Below are positions 55,558-64,000 of a stretch of 64,000 bases of DNA, piece after piece. Numbering within the stretch: position 1 is the first letter of the stretch; the number at the start of each line of letters is the position of its first letter. The notes under the pieces are model-generated. The model searched no databases, was not told the origin of the DNA, and saw nothing but the letters and a program-made list of their open reading frames with translations. The translations under genes and the position numbers were made by a program. Source of the DNA: a virus; the IMG/VR virus record IMGVR_UViG_3300048591_001244, positions 15,205 through 79,204 of that record. One strand, 5' to 3'.

Positions 55558-56730
55558 ATGGAAATTTTAGAAACACCAGAAGTAAAAACACAATCAATGA
55601 CACTCCAAGAAGTAGTCATGAAATTACAAGCAGAGCAACTTGAAAAGAGAGACCTTGTTGTTCCATCAAACAAAATTACTATGATGGATGATCAGGTATT
55701 AGTTGAAGTCGGTGAGATAAGCACATCAGACGAATCTAATGCTGTCGCTGATACAAAACACTTGTTTCTCCGTCCGTTGAAACATGCTCATGCTCAGCTA
55801 TCAGAAAAGCTTGGCATCAACAAAAATTACTATGACAAAATGCTTGGATCGGCTCCCGGACTTCTTGCTATCAATGCAAACTTTTGGCTCAATCAATCCA
55901 CAAAAAGCTATCTGCTAAGAACATTCGTAGGCAAAGATGGAGAGCCGGGAATCCTCAGAGCCTTCCTTTCTGACTCATTCAAAGTAATTGACAATCTGGA
56001 CGTGCTCATGTGTACTCTTGAAGCCATCAAAGAAAGTGGTATCAAAATGGAGATTCAACAGTGTGATATCTCTGATACAAAAATGTATGTACGATTCATC
56101 GCTCCGGAAATCTATCAAGAAGCAGAGGATTTACTTGAAAACTATCGTGTACCGGGAAGCAAAGGAAGGAATGAAGACTTTAAAATCTTCTCGGGGCTTG
56201 TTATAACCAATTCTGAGGTGGGTAATGGCTCATACACCATATCGCCTTATGGAATCGTTTCGGTTTGTTCAAATGGAATGGTATGGCGTGGTGATGCTAT
56301 GAAAAAGATTCATCTGGGAACAAGAATGGATGAAAGCACTTCTGTCAAATGGAGTGAAGAAACAAAGCAGAAGAACATGGAACTGGTCCTTTCTCAGACC
56401 AAAGATGCAGTAAGGCTCTTTATGTCTCCTGAATATCTGGGTGAGAAGATCAATAAGTTACGTGAAGAGGCAAACATTCCATTGCAACATCCATTTGAAG
56501 CGGTGAAGAATGTCTGTAAAGAATTGTCTTACTCTCAGGAGAAGCAAGATTCAATCATGAACTATTTTGTTCAAGGTGGCAATCAAAGCAGATTCGGGAT
56601 CGTTCAGGCTATCACCTATTATGCTGGTCAGACAGAAGATGCTGATGAAAAGTATGACACTCAGATTGATGCTACCGAGATTATTGACAAAATCGGTGAT
56701 CTTGATAAGCCGGCAAAAAAGAAAGAGTGA
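55558..56730 (+). CDS. DUF932-family protein
   Basis: HAHAQL, RAFLSDSFK.IDN, GLVITNSEVG.GS and VCSNGM...HLG motifs. Confidence 0.8.
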   Translation: MEILETPEVKTQSMTLQEVVMKLQAEQLEKRDLVVPSNKITMMDDQVLVEVGEISTSDESNAVADTKHLFLRPLKHAHAQLSEKLGINKNYYDKMLGSAPGLLAINANFWLNQSTKSYLLRTFVGKDGEPGILRAFLSDSFKVIDNLDVLMCTLEAIKESGIKMEIQQCDISDTKMYVRFIAPEIYQEAEDLLENYRVPGSKGRNEDFKIFSGLVITNSEVGNGSYTISPYGIVSVCSNGMVWRGDAMKKIHLGTRMDESTSVKWSEETKQKNMELVLSQTKDAVRLFMSPEYLGEKINKLREEANIPLQHPFEAVKNVCKELSYSQEKQDSIMNYFVQGGNQSRFGIVQAITYYAGQTEDADEKYDTQIDATEIIDKIGDLDKPAKKKE

Positions 56731-56751
56731 TTAAAAATCTTGAAATCTTAG

Positions 56752-56797
56752 AACTCTACGAGAAAGAAAACTTTACTTCTACCTCTCGTAGAGTTTT
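56752..56797 (+). terminator. Hairpin / terminator
   Basis: AACTCTACGAGA...TCTCGTAGAGTT followed by T's. Confidence 0.55.
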
Positions 56798-57043
56798 CCC
56801 TTCTGAATATTGTTGGGTAATTGTTGCTAATGGATATTTTACAGGGAAAGCTTTTACAGGTGATAAAAAAATGGTACTGGATGCTTGAAGGAGAAGAAGT
56901 TTTTTGTCAGATATGGAGACGTTCAGATGGTTCAATTTATAAATTCAAAAATTCTCGTCTAACAAATACAAGAATAAATCTTGGAAGAGGGCTGGACCCA
57001 AAAGATTGTATAATAATTTAATTAAAATAAAAACAACAAAACT

Positions 57044-57646
57044 ATGTCACACTTTACAGTAATGGTAATTGGAGATGATCCAGAAGATCAACTTGCTCCA
57101 TTTGATGAATGTATTGAAATCAAACCAACAGATCAAGGCGAAGTCTCTGAAGGAGAGAAGCAAAGAATGATTAAATATTATCGTAAGACAGAAAACGGCA
57201 AGTTGAATTTGCCTTTTGATCAGCTTTATGCTCAAAAAGGAAATGATTGGAATGGCAATTTATGGAAAAAGCATGTAGATGGAACTTGGCATGAGTATAG
57301 CACCTATAACCCAGACTCAAAATGGGATTGGTATCAACTTGGAGGCAGATGGAGTGGAATGATAAAACTAAAAGGCGAAGCCGTTGGAGTTGTTGGAGAG
57401 CCATCATTGGTTACAGAAAACGAACCTGGAATAGATCAAGCAAAAAAAGGAGATATTGAAAATCTTAATGAGCTTGTCACATTTGCCATATTAAAAGATG
57501 GTAAATGGTATGAACGTGGAGATATGGGATGGTGGGGAATGGTATCAAATGAAAAAGATCAAAATGAATGGGAAGAAGAAATAAAAAAACTTCTCGATGG
57601 CCTTCCAGAAGATACCCTTATATCCATTTACGACTGCCACATTTAA
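57044..57646 (+). CDS. Conserved phage protein (MSHF...YNPxSKWDWYxxGGRW...DCHI)
   Basis: Recognisable widespread phage motif set; function unknown. Confidence 0.75.
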   Translation: MSHFTVMVIGDDPEDQLAPFDECIEIKPTDQGEVSEGEKQRMIKYYRKTENGKLNLPFDQLYAQKGNDWNGNLWKKHVDGTWHEYSTYNPDSKWDWYQLGGRWSGMIKLKGEAVGVVGEPSLVTENEPGIDQAKKGDIENLNELVTFAILKDGKWYERGDMGWWGMVSNEKDQNEWEEEIKKLLDGLPEDTLISIYDCHI

Positions 57647-57662
57647 TTATTAACAGTTGCTC

Positions 57663-57689
57663 ATTTGTTAAAAATAACAATTAACTTTG
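57663..57689 (+). promoter_or_regulatory. Operator palindrome plus TAACTTTG -7 box upstream of the helicase
   Basis: ATTTGTTA-AAAA-TAACAATT; TAACTTTG at 57682-57689. Confidence 0.6.
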
Positions 57690-57709
57690 AGCCTTTAAAA
57701 AGCGAAACT

Positions 57710-59266
57710 ATGAAGCTATTACGTGACTTCCAGCAAGAAGCTCATGATACTGTCTTCCAACGGTTAGAACAGGGGGTTGCTCGGCAACTTCTTGTTTTTG
57801 CTACCGGACTGGGGAAGACTTTTACTGCAACGACAATCATCAAAAGGTTCCATCGTGTCCTTTGGATTACTCACACCGAAGAACTTATCCTTCAGTCGGC
57901 AAGATCAATTATTGCCGATCATCCAGAAGCGTCTGTAGGAATTATCAAGCAGGAACGATTTGATATTGACTCTCAGATTGTTGTTGCCTCTATACAAACT
58001 CTTCATCGGAGATTGGATAGAATTGATCCGAGCACCTTTGATTGTATTGTTGTTGATGAAGCTCATTTGGCTATGGCTGAAACCTGGACCAAAGCTATCA
58101 ATCATTTCAATTTTAAATTACTATTAGGGCTTACAGCAACACCGAAAAGACTTGATGGTATCTCATTAGGAAATCTTTTCGATGATATTGTTTATGAACG
58201 TGGGATAGACTTTGGAATCAAAAATGGCTACTTGGTAGAGTTAGAAGCTATCAGGATAAAAACTGATATCAGCCTTGACAAAGTACGCACAACGGGCGGT
58301 GAGCTTAATTCAGGCGACTTGAACAAGACTATCAATACTCCTGAGCGTAATAGATTTATCGTAAAAGAGTGGCTTAAATACGCTGCAGATATGCCTACAC
58401 TGGCCTTTGCTGTGAACATAGAACATGCCACTGATTTAACAAATGCTTTCATTGCTCAAGGTATTGCTGCAACGTTTGTCGTTTCTGATAAGGAGTTATG
58501 TCCTGACAGAGAAGATAGAATTGCAGCATTTAAAAAAGGTGACATAAAAGTTCTTGTCAATGTAATGATCCTTACTGCCGGGTTTGACCATCCACCGGTA
58601 TCATGTATCATCGCAGCACGACCTACAAAGAGCGAGACGGTCTATTTGCAGTCAATTGGCAGAGGAACACGCCCTGTTGTTAATGTAACCCTTGATACAG
58701 TAGAAGAACGATTAGAGGCAATCTCTGGCAGTTCTAAACCTAAATGTATCATCATGGATATTGTCGATTCTACTTCCCGTCACCAGCTTGTCAATACCTA
58801 TACACTGGACAAAGATGTAGAGATCAAAGACAAGGTATTCATGACCAGGGCAAAGAAACAAGATCTCTTATTCAGAATACAGAAGAAAAGAAAGCTTGAA
58901 CACGAAAGGGCAAGTACTGAAATTGTTAGTCTGATAGCATTGCCAAAAATTCAAATTAACAACTCTCCTGCAATGAGAGAGCCGGCAACAGAAAAGCAAT
59001 TAAAATGGCTGAAAGATCTTGGTTATGACATTGTAAATACTCAGTATACCAAGAGAGATTGCAGTGAGATCATTAGCAACTCTGCAGCAAGAGAGTGGCA
59101 AGTGCAAAGACTTGAGAAGCTTGGATACGACTGTACCAAAGGAGTAAAGCAAGGTCAGGCAGCGATGATCCTAAAAAGCCTTGAAGAGCAAGAGCAGAAA
59201 AAACACGTTTTAAATCAGTCGGTCAGTGTAACCGGAATTCAATTACCATTTAGCGGATTAAAATAA
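57710..59266 (+). CDS. SF2 DEAH-box helicase (ResIII/Irc3-like)
   Basis: ATGLGKT, VVDEAH, GLTATP, LTAGFD and QSIGRGTR motifs; ATG 57710. Confidence 0.92.
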   Translation: MKLLRDFQQEAHDTVFQRLEQGVARQLLVFATGLGKTFTATTIIKRFHRVLWITHTEELILQSARSIIADHPEASVGIIKQERFDIDSQIVVASIQTLHRRLDRIDPSTFDCIVVDEAHLAMAETWTKAINHFNFKLLLGLTATPKRLDGISLGNLFDDIVYERGIDFGIKNGYLVELEAIRIKTDISLDKVRTTGGELNSGDLNKTINTPERNRFIVKEWLKYAADMPTLAFAVNIEHATDLTNAFIAQGIAATFVVSDKELCPDREDRIAAFKKGDIKVLVNVMILTAGFDHPPVSCIIAARPTKSETVYLQSIGRGTRPVVNVTLDTVEERLEAISGSSKPKCIIMDIVDSTSRHQLVNTYTLDKDVEIKDKVFMTRAKKQDLLFRIQKKRKLEHERASTEIVSLIALPKIQINNSPAMREPATEKQLKWLKDLGYDIVNTQYTKRDCSEIISNSAAREWQVQRLEKLGYDCTKGVKQGQAAMILKSLEEQEQKKHVLNQSVSVTGIQLPFSGLK

Positions 59267-59271
59267 AACTC

Positions 59272-59463
59272 ATGACACCAGATGAAATATTTTACAGAAT
59301 AGATTTTGAGCTATTAAAAGATCAAAAACAGAATCTTATTGAAATAAGAGCGGAAATTGAAGAGCTAACCCAAAAAGATCGAGACCTTCTAAGTGGAGTT
59401 ATCCATTTACTTGATGCTATTGAAGATGCCCAAACAACAACAAAACCAATCAATTCTTATTAA
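59272..59463 (+). CDS. Hypothetical protein
   Basis: 63 aa ORF. Confidence 0.55.
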   Translation: MTPDEIFYRIDFELLKDQKQNLIEIRAEIEELTQKDRDLLSGVIHLLDAIEDAQTTTKPINSY

Positions 59464-59464
59464 C

Positions 59465-60040
59465 ATGACAACAAGAAGACAGAAGTATTTTAAAGAACAA
59501 GAGAAAAATAAAAGACTTCAATCCGAAGAATTTCTGAAAAAGATTACTGAAAAAAACGAAGCCAGTCCGGTTCTTGTAGATACGTCAGGAGCTATTAAAT
59601 ACAACATTAGTATCAAAGCCAATGGAGCATTTAAAATCGACTATCCTGATGGTCTTAGTAACATGGACATATTAGCCTGTATCACAATGGTCAGGAACAT
59701 CATGAGAAATTTCTATTCTGCCGAAAAGGAAATATCAATGAGAAAGCCAAAACCATCATTTGCCTATTCTGAAACTGTTCTCAACAAACACAAGCATGGA
59801 GCAGAGCAATTGAACCTTCATGTCGATAAGCTTCTTAGTACAATTCTTACAGACCTGAAAAAGCCAAAGCTCTCTGAAATGAAGCCTGTTGGAAACAATT
59901 TTTCTTCTCCTCAATTAACTTCTGACAATGACAAGCAATCTATTACAAATGGAAATGACAGTATCCAAGAACGAACCGGTGAATGGCAAAACACTGATCG
60001 ACCATCAAATTTGCCAGAGGCTACGAATAAACCTGATTGA
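59465..60040 (+). CDS. Hypothetical protein
   Basis: ATG 59465 in frame with track ORF 59393-60040. Confidence 0.5.
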   Translation: MTTRRQKYFKEQEKNKRLQSEEFLKKITEKNEASPVLVDTSGAIKYNISIKANGAFKIDYPDGLSNMDILACITMVRNIMRNFYSAEKEISMRKPKPSFAYSETVLNKHKHGAEQLNLHVDKLLSTILTDLKKPKLSEMKPVGNNFSSPQLTSDNDKQSITNGNDSIQERTGEWQNTDRPSNLPEATNKPD

Positions 60041-60545
60041 GTATATTCTACTCGATTATTTTTCAACTCATACTAAAAAATCAGAAGACTTCAATTCCGA
60101 CAGGCTACACAGGCACAAAGGCTTGAAATGGAGCGATCCAATAGTAAAAGCCTGCCTCAAGTCTATTGAAAACGATGGGTTGATTAAAATTGAAGCAGAT
60201 GGCAAATTTCAGCTTCTTCCAAAATGGACTAAGTTCTTCTTGTCTGATTCTGACTTTGATAATGATGACAAGGATAATCCGGGCTTTTGGCAGATATTTC
60301 AGAAAACAGGAAATAAAGCAATGGCGAAGAAAGCCTATTCCAATGCCCGTAAGCATATTGGGAAAGACGAACTACATGCAGCTGCAAGCAACTACATTAA
60401 AAACTGTAATGAATGTAGTCGATTTATTATGCATGCCAGTACATATCTTAATCCGGTAAATGAGCATTGGAAAGATGTTCTTCCTGATCCACCAAAGAAG
60501 AAAGAAGAGCCGGTAACTCCTACCAGAAAATTCAATGATCTATGA
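59928..60545 (+). CDS. Phage replication initiator (wHTH plus FW...K..A.KAY...ASTYLN..W.D C-terminal domain)
   Basis: C-terminal signature of phage replisome organisers; directly upstream of DnaB. Confidence 0.65.
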   Translation: MTSNLLQMEMTVSKNEPVNGKTLIDHQICQRLRINLIEYILLDYFSTHTKKSEDFNSDRLHRHKGLKWSDPIVKACLKSIENDGLIKIEADGKFQLLPKWTKFFLSDSDFDNDDKDNPGFWQIFQKTGNKAMAKKAYSNARKHIGKDELHAAASNYIKNCNECSRFIMHASTYLNPVNEHWKDVLPDPPKKKEEPVTPTRKFNDL

Positions 60546-61933
60546 GTATTTTTGAAATCGATTCAGAAGAAGTTGTTCTTGGTACAATTATATCAATAAG
60601 AGATTCTATTGATGAAATTGTATCAATTCTTCAACCAAAACACTTCAGAAACAACGACCATGCTTTAATTTATGAATGCTTACTTGAATTAAAGAATGAA
60701 AACAAAGCTATTGATTCTATCATAGTTGTAAAGCACATTGACAGTAAAGGAAAACTTGATAAAATTGGCGGGCCGATAAGGATACTTAATTTAACTAGTC
60801 GCATTGGTTCAGGAGCAAATCTTCAAGAGCATGCAATGATCATCTTTGACAATTGGCTAAGATTTAAAATCATTGAAGAATCTCATTCTCTCTTGCTCGA
60901 TGCTCAGCAACCAATGACAAGTACTCAGGATCTATTATCAAAACTTGATAAAATGTCTTCAGAGTTAAACAATGAAATATCTACCATTTCAACCAAAGAT
61001 ACAACACACGAAGTCATTGACGAAACAGTAAATATTATCATTAACTCAAATGAAAATCCTGAATATTTGTCAGGAGTAGATACCGGCAATCCAAAGCTTA
61101 ACAATGCAAGTGGTGGATGGCAAAAAACCGATCTCATTATTCTTGCCGGAAGACCAGGAATGGGTAAATCAACAAAGGCTCTCAACTTTGCTGAAGCTGC
61201 ATTAAAGGCAGATAAAGCTGTTGCTATCTTTACCCTTGAAATGAGTGCTTCTCAGCTTATAATGAAACTCTTTAGCAATTCGGCTAAAGCATCAGTGAGA
61301 GAGCTTAGACAGGGATCAATTAATGCAGATCAAATTCAACAGATAAAAGACACTGCTTATTATTTAAAGAATAAAAAACTTTATATTAATGATAAGCCGG
61401 CTATTCCTGCACCCTATTTAAGAGGTATTCTGAGAAGACTTGTAAAAACAATGAGTCTTGATTTGGTGATAATTGACTATTTACAGTTAATGAAATCAGG
61501 AGAGAAAACATTCTCTCGTGAGAACGAAGTATCAAGTATCTCAGGTCAATTAAAAGCTATTGCCAAAGAGTTTAAAGTTCCTGTAATGGCATTATCACAA
61601 CTTGGAAGACAAGTAGAGAAAGACAAAGATAAGCGACCACAACTATCTGACTTGAGAGAGTCCGGAGCTATTGAACAAGATGCAGATATGGTAATGGGAA
61701 TATATCGTCCTGCCTACTATTCTCCATTAATGCACGAAGACAAGGATTATAAAGATGGCAAGTACACTCAGGAAGAATATGAATTGATATCAGAGCTTAT
61801 TATGCTAAAATTTAGAAATGGATCTCCTGTTGATAGAATCATTGAATTTGCAAATCTTGCTCATAACCACTATTATCTTCCCGGAGATGAAGCTGTAAAT
61901 TATACACCCGATGGAACCACAGATGAATTTTAA
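60542..61933 (+). CDS. dnaB: Replicative DNA helicase DnaB
   Basis: AGRPGMGKS, LEMS, IIDYLQL, LSQLGR, DLRESGAIEQDAD and KFRNG motifs. Confidence 0.95.
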   Translation: MSIFEIDSEEVVLGTIISIRDSIDEIVSILQPKHFRNNDHALIYECLLELKNENKAIDSIIVVKHIDSKGKLDKIGGPIRILNLTSRIGSGANLQEHAMIIFDNWLRFKIIEESHSLLLDAQQPMTSTQDLLSKLDKMSSELNNEISTISTKDTTHEVIDETVNIIINSNENPEYLSGVDTGNPKLNNASGGWQKTDLIILAGRPGMGKSTKALNFAEAALKADKAVAIFTLEMSASQLIMKLFSNSAKASVRELRQGSINADQIQQIKDTAYYLKNKKLYINDKPAIPAPYLRGILRRLVKTMSLDLVIIDYLQLMKSGEKTFSRENEVSSISGQLKAIAKEFKVPVMALSQLGRQVEKDKDKRPQLSDLRESGAIEQDADMVMGIYRPAYYSPLMHEDKDYKDGKYTQEEYELISELIMLKFRNGSPVDRIIEFANLAHNHYYLPGDEAVNYTPDGTTDEF

Positions 61934-62126
61934 CCTTGCTGTTGGAGTCTTATTCCAGTACAGAGGGAAGATATTTCACCTTCAAGGAATGTCAATAGCA
62001 AATTTTGAAGTTACAGAATATCATTTTGTAAATATTAAAGACCCTTCAACCAAAATAGTACGCACAAAAGAAAAAATGAACCAAATGATCATTGATGGAG
62101 AAATAACCTATCATGGTCTCAAATAA
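61911..62126 (+). CDS. Hypothetical protein
   Basis: 71 aa ORF. Confidence 0.45.
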   Translation: MEPQMNFNLAVGVLFQYRGKIFHLQGMSIANFEVTEYHFVNIKDPSTKIVRTKEKMNQMIIDGEITYHGLK

Positions 62127-62134
62127 CAAAAATT

Positions 62135-63139
62135 ATGACAAAAACTGAAACTGCAGAAAAGAAAACTACCCCAATGGTTGCTAAAAGCCCTGAAATGATC
62201 AGGAAGCTTTTTAACGCCGAAAGGCTGAAAAAGGATATCGAAGAACACAGTAAAATTTGTGATGCGATTGAAGTTGTCGATGAAACAAGTGCAAAGATCC
62301 TCAGAGAGAAAATCACCCTTTTGAATAAACTCAATATCGCCGGTGGTAAAACAAAGATGATCCTCAAAGCTCCTGCATTAACAGAAGCAAAGAATATTGA
62401 CACTGTTTACAAAGAGATCTTCGGACCTATTGATGCTTGTGTCCTGAGAGGAAAAGACAAGCTTCGCGCCTATGAAACAGCAGAATTAAAGCGAATTGCT
62501 GATGAAAAAGCTGCAGAAGAAAAAGCGGCCAGAGATAAAGAGAAGGCATTGCTTGATGCTGCCAGCGAATCAAAAAAGTCCATTGATGACCTGTATACAA
62601 TTCAGAAGTCTGCCATTGTTCTCATTGGCCAGACTAATACAATGGAGCAACTAAAAGGATGGCACACAATGTACTCAGCACCTTCTACAAGTTATCTTAA
62701 ATCGGAGCTTGCTTCTGACTTTCCTGATTCTGTTACAAATGCATTAAATCGAATGAGCATGTTAAAGAATGCTCGAAAGATTTATCTGACAGATAAGAAT
62801 ATCGAAGCCTGGAATAAAGTTGTTGAAGTTGCCATTGCTCAGATTGAATCTGAAAAGATAGGAATCATCAATGAAATTGAAACTGAAACAGAAGAAGCCG
62901 TGGCTGAAATTGTTGTGCAGAATGAAGCAATGGAGATAGCAAATGCATCTAAACCGGCAGTTCCTATGAAATGGGATTATGAAGTGGTTTCCTTTGAAGA
63001 TATTCCAAAAGCATGGAAAATGGTAAACTTCAGTGAAGTGACAAATTTCATATCCGCCAACAAGAACACCCTCAAAGATGGAGATGTTGTCAATGGAATC
63101 AAATTCTTTAAAGTTCCAAATATCATTCTTAACCGATGA
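62135..63139 (+). CDS. Coiled-coil protein, possibly recombination-associated
   Basis: K.P....K.ID..YK N-terminus; W.YEVV...IP....VNGIKF C-terminus. Confidence 0.5.
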   Translation: MTKTETAEKKTTPMVAKSPEMIRKLFNAERLKKDIEEHSKICDAIEVVDETSAKILREKITLLNKLNIAGGKTKMILKAPALTEAKNIDTVYKEIFGPIDACVLRGKDKLRAYETAELKRIADEKAAEEKAARDKEKALLDAASESKKSIDDLYTIQKSAIVLIGQTNTMEQLKGWHTMYSAPSTSYLKSELASDFPDSVTNALNRMSMLKNARKIYLTDKNIEAWNKVVEVAIAQIESEKIGIINEIETETEEAVAEIVVQNEAMEIANASKPAVPMKWDYEVVSFEDIPKAWKMVNFSEVTNFISANKNTLKDGDVVNGIKFFKVPNIILNR

Positions 63140-63471
63140 TCGATAAGCGTATAAGTAAGTATGCAAGTAAGCTTCTGGACAATCACATGGATCATAATGT
63201 GGCTGTCCAGAAGATTGCTGAGAAATATGGCTACAAAGTAAAAGATGTAGAAAGAATTTTATATCTGTTTTTTAAAATAGGCGTATCCTCATTTGTAAAA
63301 AAGGACATGGATGTTTTCATTAAGAATTTTGGTCACTATAAAAAGACTAAAATGAAGCGCTTTGAACTATTAAGAATAGTTGAAAAAGAACGGGCTATTG
63401 TCAAAGAGTCCAATGCAGCCCAACAGAAAAGAAAAAAGATTTCAACATTTGTTAAAAATAACAAATCTTAA
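63136..63471 (+). CDS. HU/IHF-like DNA-binding protein
   Basis: IAEKYG....VERIL..FF......V.IKNFG pattern. Confidence 0.6.
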   Translation: MIDKRISKYASKLLDNHMDHNVAVQKIAEKYGYKVKDVERILYLFFKIGVSSFVKKDMDVFIKNFGHYKKTKMKRFELLRIVEKERAIVKESNAAQQKRKKISTFVKNNKS

Positions 63472-63481
63472 TATATCTTTG
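63447..63481 (+). promoter_or_regulatory. Operator palindrome plus TATCTTTG -7 box
   Basis: ATTTGTTA-AAAA-TAACAAAT perfect; TATCTTTG at 63474-63481. Confidence 0.6.
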
Positions 63482-63512
63482 TTTTTCATATAAACCATAT
63501 AAAAGATAAAAA

Positions 63513-64000
63513 ATGAAAACACCGAACAAAGGGGATTACCCGCCAAAGCCGATCCCGGCAGCCAAAGCGTACAAAGCACGTTTAATCTGGTGGATCGATT
63601 TAGGAACACAGAAGAAAGAGTTTAAAGGCAAGCCTAAAGAGATTGCCGAAGTATTCATCGGATTTGAACTAATTGGCACAAAAGCCAAATTTCATCCGGA
63701 CAAACCTGAACAGCCGTTCATGGTAAGCAACACATACACAGTTTCATTGAATGAGAAATCAAATCTAAGGAAGCTGTTGAAATCATGGAAAGGTGAAGAC
63801 TTCACCGATCAGGAGTTAGAGTTAGCGTCAAAAGATTCTGCTTGGCTTGCAAATAAGTTTCTTGGTAAGCCAGGATTGTTGACTGTAGAACACAACAAAT
63901 CAGGAGACAAGACCTATGCAAACATTGGAAGCCTGATTCGCGTTCCGGAAGAAATGGGGAAAACTCCACAACCGGAAAACAAGCTCATTCTTTTTGATAT
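63513..64000 (+). CDS. Partial phage ssDNA-binding / replication protein (runs off window)
   Basis: ATG 63513; Y.AR....IDLGTQ, YTVSLNEKSNLRKLLKSW and YANI motifs, read by eye. Confidence 0.65.
   Translation, partial: MKTPNKGDYPPKPIPAAKAYKARLIWWIDLGTQKKEFKGKPKEIAEVFIGFELIGTKAKFHPDKPEQPFMVSNTYTVSLNEKSNLRKLLKSWKGEDFTDQELELASKDSAWLANKFLGKPGLLTVEHNKSGDKTYANIGSLIRVPEEMGKTPQPENKLILFD

Noticed and set aside
1-64000. Integrase, reverse transcriptase (DGR, retron, group II intron) or transposase
   Set aside because: No tyrosine-recombinase R-H-R-Y set, YxDD RT motif or DDE transposase was recognisable in any ORF.
1-64000. tRNA or rRNA genes
   Set aside because: No cloverleaf or T-loop pattern found by eye; tRNAscan-SE would be needed to exclude them.

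Overview
64 kb of a crAss-like (Crassvirales-type) phage of a Bacteroidota host, read in the standard genetic code. The left part (1-42 kb, minus strand) is the virion module: a 4509-aa virion RNA polymerase (DHDGD catalytic loop plus HExxH zincin motif), two cargo proteins (one with a lambda-R-type muramidase), muzzle, ring proteins, IHF-like protein, auxiliary and major capsid proteins, scaffold, portal, terminase, a PD-(D/E)xK nuclease and a tandem Acb2/Tad1-like protein. A strand and GC-skew switch at ~42.5 kb leads to a plus-strand early/accessory region and then a replication module (PRTRC E and C, DUF932, SF2 helicase, initiator, DnaB, HU-like, SSB-like). The main finding is two integron-like gene-cassette arrays in the accessory region (44.5-46.6 kb and 48.0-49.3 kb). 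Six complete gene-sized cassettes start with GTT and end with AAC inside cassette-specific 13-16 bp inverted repeats, and all six carry a G.T mismatch at position 11. The cassettes are separated by attC-like hairpins, and two of these hairpins supply the start codon for Met-less cargo. Two cassettes also contain a second, nested GCG(G)TGG/inverted-repeat site type. No recombinase is visible in the window. Also found: a divergent 16-bp phage promoter motif, a 5-copy palindromic operator at host-type promoters, a candidate structured sRNA and a deleted radC/JAB pseudogene. All product calls come from motifs and gene order, not from database searches.
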